In this document: in pieces, positions 1 through 12,406 of the stretch
Position numbering within the stretch: position 1 is the stretch's first letter
How the letters are laid out: each line of letters starts with the position of its first letter
Assembly (NCBI RefSeq): GCF_006345805.1
Contig: NC_043011.1
Location: 26,176,464 to 26,240,463 of the forward strand
DNA: 64,000 bases
From: Octopus sinensis
Taxonomy: Eukaryota
Reading direction: 5' to 3'
The notes under the pieces: model-generated
What the model was told of the DNA's origin: nothing
Seen by the model: only the letters and a program-made list of their open reading frames with translations
Databases searched by the model: none
Translations under genes and position numbers: made by a program

Positions 1-130
1 GGTCAGTGAACTAAATTCAAAATTTCATATATATATATATATATATGTACACAAACACACACAAGGGGTCCATGGGAAAACTCATTTAAATAACAGGGGT
101 CTTTGGTAGTGAAAAGGTTGGGAACCACTG
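1..130. mobile_element. Right end of a hAT (Charlie-like) MITE, truncated by the window edge
   Basis: Ends ...AAAAGGTTGGGAACCACTG (reverse complement CAGTGGTTCCCAACC, a typical Charlie TIR), followed by ATCTAGAA, an NTCTAGAN-type target. Confidence 0.6.
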
Positions 131-439
131 ATCTAGAAAAAGGTTGGATTATTAATGTCAGTACATCTTCAATATCACTATCACTATATGCCACTGTACA
201 ACTGTAACTTATCTCTCTTGATTGCTATTGTTGTTGTTATTGACGTTCTAGTTCCTGTTCTTTAGCCCCCATGTCACTTCCGATAATACAGACCAATTTT
301 CAAGAGGATTCAAGCTATATCCATTTTGTATTGGATGGGTGCATAATTATTGACTGTCTTTTTTTAAATCTAAATTTATTCGAAAATAAAACACCAAAAT
401 AAAATAAGATGGTCATTAATTATTCACTAGCCCAGTATT

Positions 440-560
440 ATAGTTATTGTTGCTGGTACTGCTGCTACTGTTGTTGTTGTTGTTGTTGTTGTTATGATGG
501 CGGTGGTGGTTGTGGTGGTGGCAGTGGCTGTGGTGACAGTGGTAGCAGTGGTGGTGTAGC
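440..560. repeat. Compound (GTT)/(GTG)/(GCT) trinucleotide microsatellite
   Basis: Direct inspection. Confidence 0.85.
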
Positions 561-1034
561 CCAGGGGTTAGCTCTAACTGACCTATGATTAAGAGTGCTC
601 CAGTTATAGCCATCCTATATTGTTATTGTTGTTGGTGTCGATATTGTCCAGCCACAAAGTCAGTCCTGATATCAAACAGATTTATGATCAAAGGCATTAC
701 AGCCTTGACCATCCTACCATGTTGTTGTATAGCTCAAAGTCAGCTCTGATCAAGCTGGTCTTTGACACGCAGTTAGTCTTCCAAGTACATCATAGCTTTG
801 CTTATCTGATGACCACACTTCATACTTTGACATGCAAGAATTAATTGTGCAGGGGTGCTGTTGAACATAGATACCATGTAGTTAAGGTTTCATTATCCAA
901 TACAATCTCACATCTTTTAAGATGATTACATATGATTTGGTTGCTATTTCTAGTAAATTGTCCATTTACCCATGTACAGATCCTTTGTTATGTAAACTGT
1001 GAAGAAATAATATAAATATGCACCTAGGGTAAAG

Positions 1035-1365
1035 ATCCTCTTCAGTCATGAATGACCATGGGATTGCACCTAGAAAGTTACCCTTTGAGGCATAAGTCTG
1101 GGCAAAGTTGTTTATGGAAGACCAGCAGTTGCTTATGCATACCAGCACCCCACCCTGTACGTTACCAATGTTATTTAAGTGAAAGGCAAAGGCCGATACA
1201 GCCTGGCACCAGTGACATTGCAACTCATTTCTATAGATGAATGAACTGGAGCAACATGAAATAAAGTGTCTTGCTCAAGAACACAACTCACTGCGCAGTC
1301 CTGGAATCAAACTCACAACCTCATGATTGTGAGCCTGACACTCAAACCACTGAGTCATGCACCTT
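1035..1365 (-). mobile_element. tRNA-derived SINE (family B)
   Basis: Minus strand starts GGTGCATGACTCAGTGG...GAGTTTGATTCCAGG (A/B-box-like); head shared with copies at ~2330-2520(-), ~3735-3960(+) and 33088-33405(+). Confidence 0.7.
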
Positions 1366-1404
1366 TACACAAACATGCACCAAACAACAGTATATGACAA
1401 TGAA

Positions 1405-1635
1405 GGCGGCGAGCTGGCAGAAATGTTAGCACACCGGGCGAAATGCGTTGCCGTATTTCATCTGCCGTTACGTTCTGAGTTCAAATTCCGCTGAGGTCGA
1501 CTTTGCCTTTCATCCTTCCAGGGTCGATAAATTAAGTACCAGTTACACACTGGGGTCGATGTAATCGACTTAATCCGTTTGTCTGTCCTTGTTTGTCTCC
1601 TCTGTGTTTAGCCCCTTGTGGGTAGTAAAGAAATA
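1405..1635 (+). mobile_element. tRNA-derived SINE (family A, Meta-domain-like core), young copy
   Basis: Head GGCGGCGAGCTGGCAG...GAGTTCAAATTCC; core GCCTTTCATCCTTCCAGGGTCGATAAATTAAGTACCAG; perfect 14-bp TSD TATATGACAATGAA at 1391-1404 and 1636-1649; many other copies in the window. Confidence 0.9.
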
Positions 1636-2038
1636 TATATGACAATGAACTATCTGCAATCATGTATCCAGACATATCTGTCTCCACATGTTTATCCAAA
1701 CTGCTGAAGAAATCAAGATGAACCATTCAGATATAACTATACATCATCATTTAACATCCACTTTTCCATACTTGGAATTTGTGAAGGCAGATTTTCTACA
1801 GTTGGATGCCATTAATGTTTCCAAGCAAGTTAATATTTTTCTATGGCTAGACATATTTTTCACGGAATACTCTTAAAGTTAGAAATGAAAACCTCTGTTC
1901 TCTGATAACCATCTCAACCCCTTCTGACTAAAATGTTGTTAAGAAAAAAAGGTCAAGAAAATATCAAAGGACAACATACTTGAAATGGAAATAAGACAGA
2001 TTTAAACCTAAAAGCTTATATTTGTCTCAAACCTTTAA

Positions 2039-2257
2039 CCCTTTAGTATTTAAACCGGCCATATCCGGCCAAAATATTTAATCTGTTTTATGTTCAAACT
2101 GACCAGATCCAGGCTCTCACACCTACCCTACAATGTTATTCTACATTAGGTAATTACACCATCAAGATCTTGAAGATATTAGATAATGCATGATTAATTC
2201 AAATCAATGTGAATCAATAAGCATTATGTTTGATAGAATAATCAGAACACTAAAGGG
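2039..2257. mobile_element. piggyBac-type MITE (TTAA target)
   Basis: TTAA|CCCTTTAGT ... ACTAAAGGG|TTAA; related copies at ~3105-3325, ~53550-53755 and ~55035-55240. Confidence 0.85.
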
Positions 2258-3544
2258 TTAAACTCATCAGGCAGGATTTTTTTTCAGTTATGTTATGCTT
2301 AAGCAGTCAAAATTACAAGGCTTCCCCCTGATCAGGACACCAGTTTAGCATACAGTTAACTTCCATGTATGACTAGCATGCACTTTCAGTTGAGTTATTT
2401 GAAATAGTGTGAAATAAAGAACCCCATTCAAGAAAATAGCACACCTCCCAGCCCAAGAATTGAACTTACAACCTAATGATTGTGGATTCAAATTCAAACT
2501 ACTATTGCTTGTACCTTCACATAAGATGGATGTAGGGTATGAGAGAAGACATTAGCAACAATAATTAGAGAACTAGCTGTTATATACCAAAAAATATAAC
2601 ATTAGCAAAAATATTGATAACCATACCCAACACACACCCACATATGACCCAACACCCCTACCTCCATAGCACTACCATTTCCATGCTTACTATTTTTGGC
2701 AGCACATATGCTTCACCCCTGACCCATCAGAAGCAGCTAGGTATGTGATTGAAGCTATTGAAGTATTGATCCTAATGGCAGGCCTGTAATGTATCTCTAA
2801 AAGAACTGCAAAAATTAGTCAAATATAAAAATCTGGAAATAGAAATAACAGGAGTGTAGGGGTTAAACAATCCCTAAAATAATGAATGCCTTAGAATAAT
2901 TTTTAAAAATGCAGACAGATGCATATCCAACACCTCAGTAACTCGTAATTACACTCAACATACAGAAAACAGTATAGCTAAGTATGGTGCATGTATTACG
3001 TAGACTACTTTCAGTGCAATAGAAAACACAAAAGCAAACACTCTAAGCCACTGAGCTGCATGATGAGGAAGAAGAACCTGAAAGGATTCAGTAAAATCAC
3101 TTTTAACTCTTTAGTATTTAAACTGATCATATCAGGCCCAAATATTCTACCTGTTTCATGTTCAAACTGGCCATATCCAGCCCTTCACACTTACCCTCCA
3201 ATGTCAGTCTAAAAACAAACAATTATATCGTTGAAATCTCAGAGCTACAAGACAGTGCTTGATAAATAAAAAGCAATGTGCATAAATAAGCATTACATTT
3301 CACAGGATAATCTGAATGCTAAAAGGAGGAGGAGGAGGAGGCTAATCAAACTTGTGTGGACATAGCATGGTTGAATGGTTAAGGAGTTCACTTTGCAATT
3401 TTGAGATCCCTAATTGAATCCTATTATATGACATCATTTACCTCACTCAATTTTTTTAATGCTTGGGAGGCTTCCAAGAAACAGATTTTGTTACATAAGT
3501 AACCTGGTGGCTCTAGCGGTAATGTATGTTGTCTCAGGCTGGCT

Positions 3545-3725
3545 AGCTAGCTAGGTAGATAGGTAAGTAGGTAGGTAGGTAAGTAGGTAGGTAGGTAGGT
3601 AGGTAGGTAGGTAGATAGGTAGATAGGTAGGTAGGTAAGTAGGTAGGTAGGTAGGTAGGCAGGCAGGGGTAGGTAGGTAGGTAAAAAGATCAATAGATGG
3701 ATAGATAGATAAAGAGAGAGAGAGA
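3545..3725. repeat. (GGTA)n/(GATA)n/(GA)n microsatellite
   Basis: Direct inspection. Confidence 0.9.
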
Positions 3726-5061
3726 TGTAGAGGTATGTGGCTTACTGGTTAGAGTGTTTCACTCATGACAATAACATTGCAGTTTCAATTCCTGGACCAA
3801 GCGATGTGTTGTGTTCTTGAACAAAGCACTTCATTTCATGTTGTTCCAGTTCACTCAGCCAGCAAAAACAAGTTATCCTGCAATGGGCTGGCATCTCATC
3901 CAGTGGGATATTATATATGCCACAGAATCTGGAATCTGACTTTATGAGCCTGTAGCGTACACTTGAGTGAAATTCCTCTCCTCTCTATTATATATATATA
4001 TACATACATATGAATGTAATAGATAACAGCTAGCCTTTGAGCGCATTTTGGACCCTGTTGTCTCCACTACTCTGATTGGTTGGTATTGGCACAATTTGTC
4101 TCTTGCTCTATTGTGCGCCAATATGCAACCCAACTAATCACAGCCTTCAAATAAGGTCACATGTGACAGCCTGTTTTATACCCAGCTTTGAGCCTACAAC
4201 TTCTTATAACACTCCAGCTTCTCATCATCTCGAAGTCTTTGGTTCCAGACCTTTTAAGGTCTAGCCACTGACCACACAAGACAGCCAGTTCCAACGACAA
4301 CACCCATCCAACAACATATGGCAATCTCTTTCTTCATCACCACTATGATCTTCTTAACGTCATCAACATCATTTCTCTACATACACAGCAACCAGCAACT
4401 CGCCCAGGTTTCAATACAGTACTGTTTGTGAATTACTTCACTATGGATCAACAGCAAATATACAGCTTGTGAGAACTCCTGTACCAAGTGACCCAAGCAG
4501 CAGCATTACAGCCACAACTTCATGTATGACATGTACCGCAACTGGCTCAGCATCATCGCCGCAACTTCTTGATACAGTATTTCAACTATAGTGTACCCCG
4601 TCCAACCCGTGCTAGCGCGGAAAACGATGATGATGTACAATTTCAACAATTAAATACAAACTGGTATTCTCATTCTTGTGTCTATGAACATTCTTCTAAC
4701 TTCTCATTATAGACTCTTTCAATGAATTTCTTCTTCATTACTATTCTTATCTGTACTTAATGCACATGCATACATCCATACCTATACAGACACATATACT
4801 TTGTTCTCATGATGGCCTGTCTTTTTTTCTGTATACATGGCGTACACACAGTCACACATGTTAACATATCAATGAATCTTTCTCTTAAACATTCTACCCT
4901 GTTGTGCCTCTCTTTTCCTTCTGGCTCACATATATGCATTATTTTTTTATATATTTTTTGTATTGACCATGTGATGTACTAAGGAGCCATTCTCGTCACC
5001 TCGCTTTGCACGGTCGTTACAAGCCTAAGGGTTGGGAATGACCTTTCGTCCTTTTTTGTTT

Positions 5062-5098
<37 letters not shown>

Positions 5099-5099
5099 G

Positions 5100-6730
5100 T
5101 ATTGTAATCATGGACAAGGACTATTATAAAGATAAAATATTAGAAATGTTAGTACAAATGCTATCACAAGGAAGAACCAAGATACCCAGAAAAAACAATA
5201 ATAAATAAAATCAGAAGACTAATCAATGAATTCCAAGATTCCTTTACAGACAAGGAGAAAGATTATAAATGCAACTCTGTAATCAAAGAGAGCAATTTCT
5301 ACAGATTGCCCAAAATCCACAAAAGCTCCAAAATACAAAGTGCCATAAATAAGCTGAAGAACCAGTAAGTAAATATACTAAGGCCTGCTAACCTCAAACT
5401 AAGACCAATAGTTGCTGACCTCAAGTACCAACACAACAACTAAGTCATTTTTTTAGATATACTCCAAAAACCTTTGTGCCCTTTAATACCCAGTTACATA
5501 TGGGATGAAAATACCTTTAGATTCAACAGTAAAACATATTGACAGATAAAGGGCATGACTATGGGTACACGGTTTGCATCTTCATATGCAAACTTAGTTA
5601 TGGGATACTTGGAAAAACTTAATGAGGAAGTAGAAAATTCTCTTGATCATGAGTACAAGAAATATATTAAAAAGTGGAAACACTTCCTTGATGATTGCTT
5701 CATCTTCTGGGACAGATCGAACGAAGATCTAGGTATATTTAACAATATACTGAACACATTTCACCCATCCATCAAATTCATGACAGAATCCAGTTGCAAT
5801 GAATTACCATTCTTGGATATCCACATAAAAATACAGAACTCCACAGTCATAACAGACATATTTTACAAAAAAACTGACACACACCAATATTTAAATTTCT
5901 ACTCTTGCTATCCATCACACATCAAAAGAAACATCCCATTCAGCATGGCAAGATGCATCTGTGCTATAGTGACTGACCCCAAAATATGGGGAATCTGATT
6001 CAACAAACTCAATGGCTTCTTCACAATGTAGAAATATCCCTTAGGATTAATTAATGAGGGAATTAAAAAGGCAATGAAACTGAGCACCACCCAACTATGG
6101 ACACCTAAGGAAAAAGTTAATGAAAACATGATTCTGTTTGTTAATACACATAGTCCTGGAATAACCAACATCTTTCATGCCATAAAATCAAACTTACCTA
6201 TACTCCAACAAAGCTCCAAAATGAAAAATCTGTTTGAAAAAACACCTTATGGAGAGTAGATGTCAATCAAAAAATCTTAAAAAACACCTCACAAGGGCAG
6301 AATTCAAATTAGAGAATGAATCGGAATTCTTAGTAAAAGACTGTGGAGATAGATGTGAAACATGGAACATCAGCTTTAAATAACTTAGAAAGTGGTTCCC
6401 ACATAAAATTCAAGAACAGACCCCTTTTCAAAATAAATGCAGATATGAACTGCAAAACACAAAACCTTATATACTGCATTACTGCCCAAACTGCAAAGAA
6501 AATTACATTGACAAAATAAATAATTCCCTCTGCCAACGTGCAAGAATCAACAGGCAACATATCCAACAAGAGGAATTGTGCAAGATTCCATTAAGTAAGC
6601 ATCTGGAAATATGCAGCGATGGAAAATTCAAAATTTTTCTCTTTTACAAATGTGCACAGGACAATCCGCAATATCGAAATGCAATGGAACTGCATTTCAT
6701 CAAAAGATTCTCTCCAAAATTGAATGTTTG
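5100..6730 (+). mobile_element. Degenerate Penelope-like retroelement (RT plus GIY-YIG endonuclease remnants)
   Basis: Peptides LPKIHK, LKLRPIVA, GMTMGTRFASSYANLVMGYLE, FLDDCFIFW, HPSIKF, LPFLDI, YKKTDTHQYL..S.YPSHIK; downstream MNCKTQNLIYCIT + C-P-N-C..ENYI (GIY-YIG start); many stops and frameshifts. Confidence 0.88.
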
Positions 6731-7142
6731 AAAGAAAAGCAGAGGTAGCACATTTTGTATTCTAAAATATAACTCAAATATTGGAAACATAATGCTCATC
6801 TCTGTAAATATTCAGAACTACATTTCATCAATAAATTCTCACCAAAACTAAAAGTTTCTAAAAGTGGAGAGAGTACATTTTGTATTCTAAATATAACTCA
6901 AAGAGGAAAAAATGAAAGAAAGAGGAAAAAGAAGGAAAGAGGAGAAAAAGGAAAAAAGGAAGAAGAGGAAAAAAGAGAGAAAGAAAGCAAAAAGGCTTTC
7001 AGTGATGACCACACCACACCTGTTTTTTTTTTTTTTGAAGAGGTCACCATCCTTAAACCCATTTCAATACAATGGAAAATGACTGAATGAATAAATGAAT
7101 GGTGAATAGGAAGGAGGATCCCCCTTCCCCTCCTCTCCCCCT

Positions 7143-7210
<68 letters not shown>

Positions 7211-7240
7211 CCTACCTATCTATCTTTCTAAGTATCTATC
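7143..7240. repeat. (TCTA)n microsatellite
   Basis: Direct inspection. Confidence 0.9.
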
Positions 7241-7825
7241 TCCATGCAACCTCACCTAAAAAAATCAAAAACAATGTTCTCCTCTTCTAAACAAAACCTC
7301 CCAAAAACATCTATTTAAAAAAAAGGAACAAGCTGGTTGTATGTACACAAAATTCTGTTTGACAAGTTCAAGAAACAAAGGAAAATGCTAATAATAATGA
7401 ATAAATAAAAAAAATTTTTTCCAAAATTCTGGCAACCTTTTTTCTCAATATTCAATATCTGTACACCACAGCTAACACACACACACTCTCTCTCTCTCTC
7501 TCTCCATATATATATATATATATTTACAGAGAAACAAAAGACGAAGACAGGTGTATAAACGACAAACAGGTGTATTAGTTTGATGGTCGGGAAGGTGAGA
7601 AGGTCATTTATGTTTCAAGCCGAAGCTTTTCAACAGAAAGGAACATCACACTCACACACACTCAGATATATATATAAAAACATATGCATATATATATATT
7701 TGAAAAAATGAATATAAATGACTTTTCATCTAATTATCAAAGTGGAAAAATTTTCAGAAAAGCTGTTTCAATTAACTTTTTCAAATATATAATACTGTAC
7801 CAAGGGTTTTCTATTTCTTATTCTG

Positions 7826-7861
<36 letters not shown>

Positions 7862-8183
7862 AATTTATACAGGCGAGCTATAACTTGTCTGGGGATACAA
7901 TGCAACTGCAGGTAAAACTCAGAAAACTCAGCTGGCTAAAACAAGCAATCCTGCAATGGACCAGTGTCCTCTCAAGAAGGGAATATATACACCACAGTAT
8001 CCCGGAAACCAGCCTTATGATCCAATGGCTTGGGAATGACCTTTAAATTTATATATATATATATATATATATAAATTTAAAATAATAAGGGTGAAAAATT
8101 GAATACTAAATTCATTAATATCAATTCAAAACCAGTGGTCTAGTGTATTGAAAAATCTGAAGTTTCAGAAAAATTATATTACA

Positions 8184-8399
8184 TACATATAAGAGGGATG
8201 AACACTAAGTGGACATCCATTATGCTAGAAGTAGACCCTATGGTCTTACCACTAAGAAAGGAATGTTCTCAAGAAAATTTAGCAAATGCTTACATTCTGG
8301 CATTTGCTAAATTGTCTTGAGAACAATCCTTTCTTAGTGGTAAGACCATAGGGGGTCTACTTGTAGCATAATGGATGTTCACTTAGTGGTCATCCCTCT

Positions 8400-8407
<8 letters not shown>
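8184..8407. repeat. Long fold-back inverted repeat (~106-bp arms, 10-nt loop) ending in a (TA)n tract
   Basis: 8184-8289 is the near-exact reverse complement of 8300-8407. Confidence 0.9.
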
Positions 8408-8439
<32 letters not shown>

Positions 8440-8669
8440 TTAATTGAGAGAATAAAATCCAAACTTACAAGGAAAAAAAATTCAATTTAGAAATACTAAA
8501 TCAAGTTTCACAATATAATATATACAGAAAAAATTAGAAAAAACCCACCTTTTATCAATTCAAAATGAAGAATTAAATTACACAACCTAGAAAATTATAT
8601 ATAATAGAAATATTAAAATTAAAATAACAATAAAATGTCAATGATTAAGTAAATTGCAAAAAATGATAA

Positions 8670-9109
8670 TAGCAGAGGAATTCAAGACCAGCTGCTCTTG
8701 GGAACTACTATATGCTGATGATCTTGCTCTTGTAGCAGATTCTGTAACAAAACTAGGAAAGAAATTTCAGTTCTAGTTAGCAAGCAAACAGACAAAACCC
8801 TACCCACTTCATGTAAATTGCCCTGCTCAATATGTAGGTAAGGTGTATGCAGGAATTCCATAGTGTGTACACAGTGCAAGAGGTACTGTGGAATAATAGG
8901 AAGGTTGACAGAGAAAACAGTGTTTGTATGTGGAAGATGCACAGGAGCCATAAAGTCTATAGACACAAAGGAAACCGATTTTCTTAGAGGCTCTCTAGAG
9001 GTAGAGGATAATTTCTGCTATTTAGGGGACCTGAATAGCAATGGAGAAAGATGTACTGAAAGTGTAATTGCTAGAACAAGAACAGGATAGAGAAAATTCA
9101 GAGAACATT
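8670..9109 (+). mobile_element. RTE-like LINE reverse-transcriptase fragment
   Basis: WELLYADDLALVADS, C-x2-C...CTQCK zinc-binding insert, LEVEDNFCYLGDL...ESVIARTRTG. Confidence 0.75.
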
Positions 9110-10252
9110 TACAAAAATTGGCTGAAAAGTTTATAGGCTGACCAAGATACTCTCATGGAATATGACCAAATGAGGTTTATTTTTCAACATAGTCATCCTT
9201 GTGGTCCACACAATTCTTCCATCGGTGTTACAGTGCTTGGATCCCTTTGGTGAAACTTTCATCTTGGTCAAAAATGTCATCAACAGCAGATATGACATTA
9301 TCATCACCGTGATACTTATTTCCAGCCAAGTGTTTTTTCATATTGGAGAACAGATAGTGGTCAAATGGGGCCAAATTAGGAAAATAGGAAGGCTGATCAA
9401 CCACTTCAAAGCCACAGTCCTGTAAAGCAGCCATTGAAACCAAGGACTTGTGTGCTGGAGCATTGTTCCAATGAAACAAGCCCTTGTTTGTCTGTTTTCC
9501 TGAACATTTGATCTTGATAGCCATTTTGAAGATAGTCAATAAACACAATGCCCCTTGCATCTCATAAACTGAGGCCATCACCTTCCCTGCAGATGAAACA
9601 ACCATGGCCTTCTTTGGAGCAGATGGGGAAGGATGTTTTAGCTGCTTGGATTCTTTCTTTATTTGAAAGTGATGAAGCCAACACTCATCTTGGGTTAGGA
9701 AATGTTCAATGAGACTAGCTGAATCTGCCTCAAACAATGTTAGATTTTCTCGAGATCTGATCAGACTTATTCACTTTTGATCATAATATTCTCAACTCTC
9801 TCTCGCAGTATATGCTAATAGCATTTGCTATTTGATTTATAATCAATTGCCTGTCATTCAATTTTATGTAGTGAACACAATCAATGGTTTCCTGGATGGT
9901 GGCAGTTGAAGGATGCTCAGATCTTGGTCATCTTCAAGACTTTCTGTTCTCTTCCTAAATTCAGCTGCCTACTTTTGTACTGTTGATAAAGTAGGAGCAT
10001 CATCTCCTAATGTTGCAGCCATATTAGCAAGAGTGACATAAGGGCTAAAAGCTTTTTTCTGAAGGTACTTGATAACACCATGATAGTTAATTTTGTCCAT
10101 TTTCAAGAGAAGTTGCAACTAGTTACTTTTGAAGTGTCTTTTGAGCAGTCTGACAATGCAGTTATTAATGAGAAGAACTGAAATTAATGCAAGCAAGATC
10201 TCACAGCTCTAACATCACTTCTATATAGCTAGCCTTTCAGCCTACTCATGTA
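9110..10252 (-). mobile_element. Degenerate mariner (Tc1/mariner) transposon
   Basis: TQDECWLHHF, GKVMASV, HWNNAPAH and YFPNLAPFDHYLF match mariner catalytic motifs (TGDETW, HDNARPH, YSPDLAPSDYHLF); decayed TIRs share GGCTGAAA at both ends. Confidence 0.88.
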
Positions 10253-10760
10253 CTTCTGGAGTATTCATGTATCTACTCTATATGCGAGGGTGATAAAAAT
10301 TATCCTTATAGACCTGTTGTTATACTTCAGTAAGTTTACCTAATGGGATGCTTATATAAATTTAAAATTATAAATGATTGAAACTAATGTAATGAAAGAC
10401 TCAAAATATCAATAATTTGTCTTCTGTTGTCGTTGGAATTAGCCAACATGTACCGTTCGAGCAGAAAAGGTGAAACTAGACATCTAGTCTGGAGTTTTTT
10501 GAATTGGTTATAGGGTGGTTACCTCCCCTGTCAGTATCTGTGTATACATTTGTGCATTTCCTACAGCATTATGAGTATTTTAACTATTACTTCTAGCAAT
10601 GTAGGTGTCTTACCACCCTTAGTTACACTTAGTGATGATTGAATTTTTCCTTTATGGTATCACATTATGCCTAGTTGCTTATTTATATATATATATATAA
10701 AACAAAGTGGCTATATATATATATATAAAACAAAGTGTAAGCTACCCCACGAGTGGAATT

Positions 10761-10832
10761 ATATATGAAAGAAGGTTTGAAAATGCAATTTTAAAAGATA
10801 AACATCTTTTAAAATTGCATTTTCAAACCTTC

Positions 10833-10842
<10 letters not shown>
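10761..10842. repeat. Perfect 39-bp-stem hairpin with 4-nt loop, in a (TA)n context
   Basis: ATATATGAAAGAAGGTTTGAAAATGCAATTTTAAAAGAT-AAAC-exact reverse complement. Confidence 0.92.
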
Positions 10843-10880
<38 letters not shown>

Positions 10881-11048
10881 AGAGGAGTGATATAATATTT
10901 AGGCACATACTGAAATTCTCTATGTAAAATGCCAAAGCTGGTTCCTTCAGATGCATTTTATGGCAAACTTCCTTTAACTCCCATCCAAAATTACAGTTTA
11001 TTTCTTGGCTACTTAAAGTGTAAAGTACAATCTCTCTCTCTCTCTACC

Positions 11049-11114
<66 letters not shown>

Positions 11115-11740
11115 TACTCAGCAGAAATGATGAGTAGCTGGGGTTTAATCTTTATAGTAAACAGGCATGCCTGGTCATAATAGTGACTTTGATGGAGCAT
11201 AAAACTTTTGACTGCAACTTCTGCTGCTTCCAAAATTCATAGAATCATAATAAGTATTCCTATTTTCAGTTGCAGATTAAGGAAGGACACAGTTTGCAGA
11301 AAACCCCCCAAAAAAACTGCAAAACTTTGTTGGATAGTCAACAACTTTGTTAATATCAGCTAGTGTAAACTGATTTGTACCACCAACATTCATTGCAATG
11401 GTATTAATATCATTTTTAGAGCCAGAATAGCACATTTACAGAGTCTCTTATAGATTCTGTAATCCTGTGAGATGCTAGGATAAACATTTAGTAGCTTTTC
11501 TGATGACATGTTGATGATTGTTCCACATTTCTTAGGTATTGGGAAATTTCTTTACTCACTGCCAACTTAACTGGTAGTTGACCATTGCCTGGCTGAAGTA
11601 AAAATTTTGTAAAGTGGGTTTTTGAAACATCTATATTAAGTGCAACTCTCATGTTGGCAGAAAGATGTAATTTTTCACCTCATCTCCAAATATAGGATTC
11701 TTGATTCATCAGAAAGGATACTTTCTGTATATCAAGTATA

Positions 11741-11979
11741 TCAAGGTGGTGAGCTGGCAGAAACATTAGCTTGCTGTGCGAAATACTTAGTGGTATTTCG
11801 TCTGTCTTTACGTTCTGTGTTCAAATTCTGGCGAGGTCGACTTTGCCTTTCATCCTTTCGGGGGTCGATAAATTAAGTACCAGTTACACACTGGGATCGA
11901 TGTAATCGACTTAACCCCTTTGTCTGTCCTTGCTTGTCCTGTCTATGTTTAGCCCCTTGTGGGCAATAAAGAAATAAGA
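11741..11979 (+). mobile_element. SINE family A copy inside the Helitron
   Basis: Full-length similarity to 1405-1635; flanked by AAGTATA on both sides. Confidence 0.88.
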
Positions 11980-12188
11980 AAGTATACTTTTGGGCATGAC
12001 TGGCAGAGTTTGTCTGAAATCACCAGAAAACAAACAGTTACACTACTTATGATATAAATGTTAATTTTTGAGATTATGTGAGGTGTGTTTGAGAACTTGA
12101 AATGCAAGTCTGTGAGGTGTTGTACACTCATCCCATTCTTTCAGTTTGGTCTGTTTCAGAGTCTCTGCCAGTTCCAATCTTGTCAATA

Positions 12189-12406
12189 TTGATTTCAAAG
12201 TTTGGCATAAGGTCAGCAATTTTAAGGAAAGGATAAGTCAATTACATCAACTCCAGTGCTCAACTGGTACTTATTTTATCAACCCTGAAAGGGTGAAAGG
12301 CAAAGTAGACCCTGGCAGTATTTGAATTCAGATCATAAAGAGGGATGAAATGCATGTGAAGCATTTTGCCCAGCATGCTAATAATTTTGCCAGCTTGACA
12401 CCTTAG
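12189..12406 (-). mobile_element. SINE family A copy inside the Helitron
   Basis: Reverse-complement similarity to family A; 12-bp TSD ATCTTGYCAATA at 12177-12188 and 12407-12418. Confidence 0.85.

Noticed and set aside
416-613. Poly-His/poly-Asn ORF on the minus strand
   Set aside because: Translation of a trinucleotide microsatellite, with no homology or supporting splice structure
4020-5050. CCAAT-box-rich, C/A-rich segment upstream of the Penelope ORF
   Set aside because: May be the 5' part of a retroelement, but neither boundaries nor motifs could be supported
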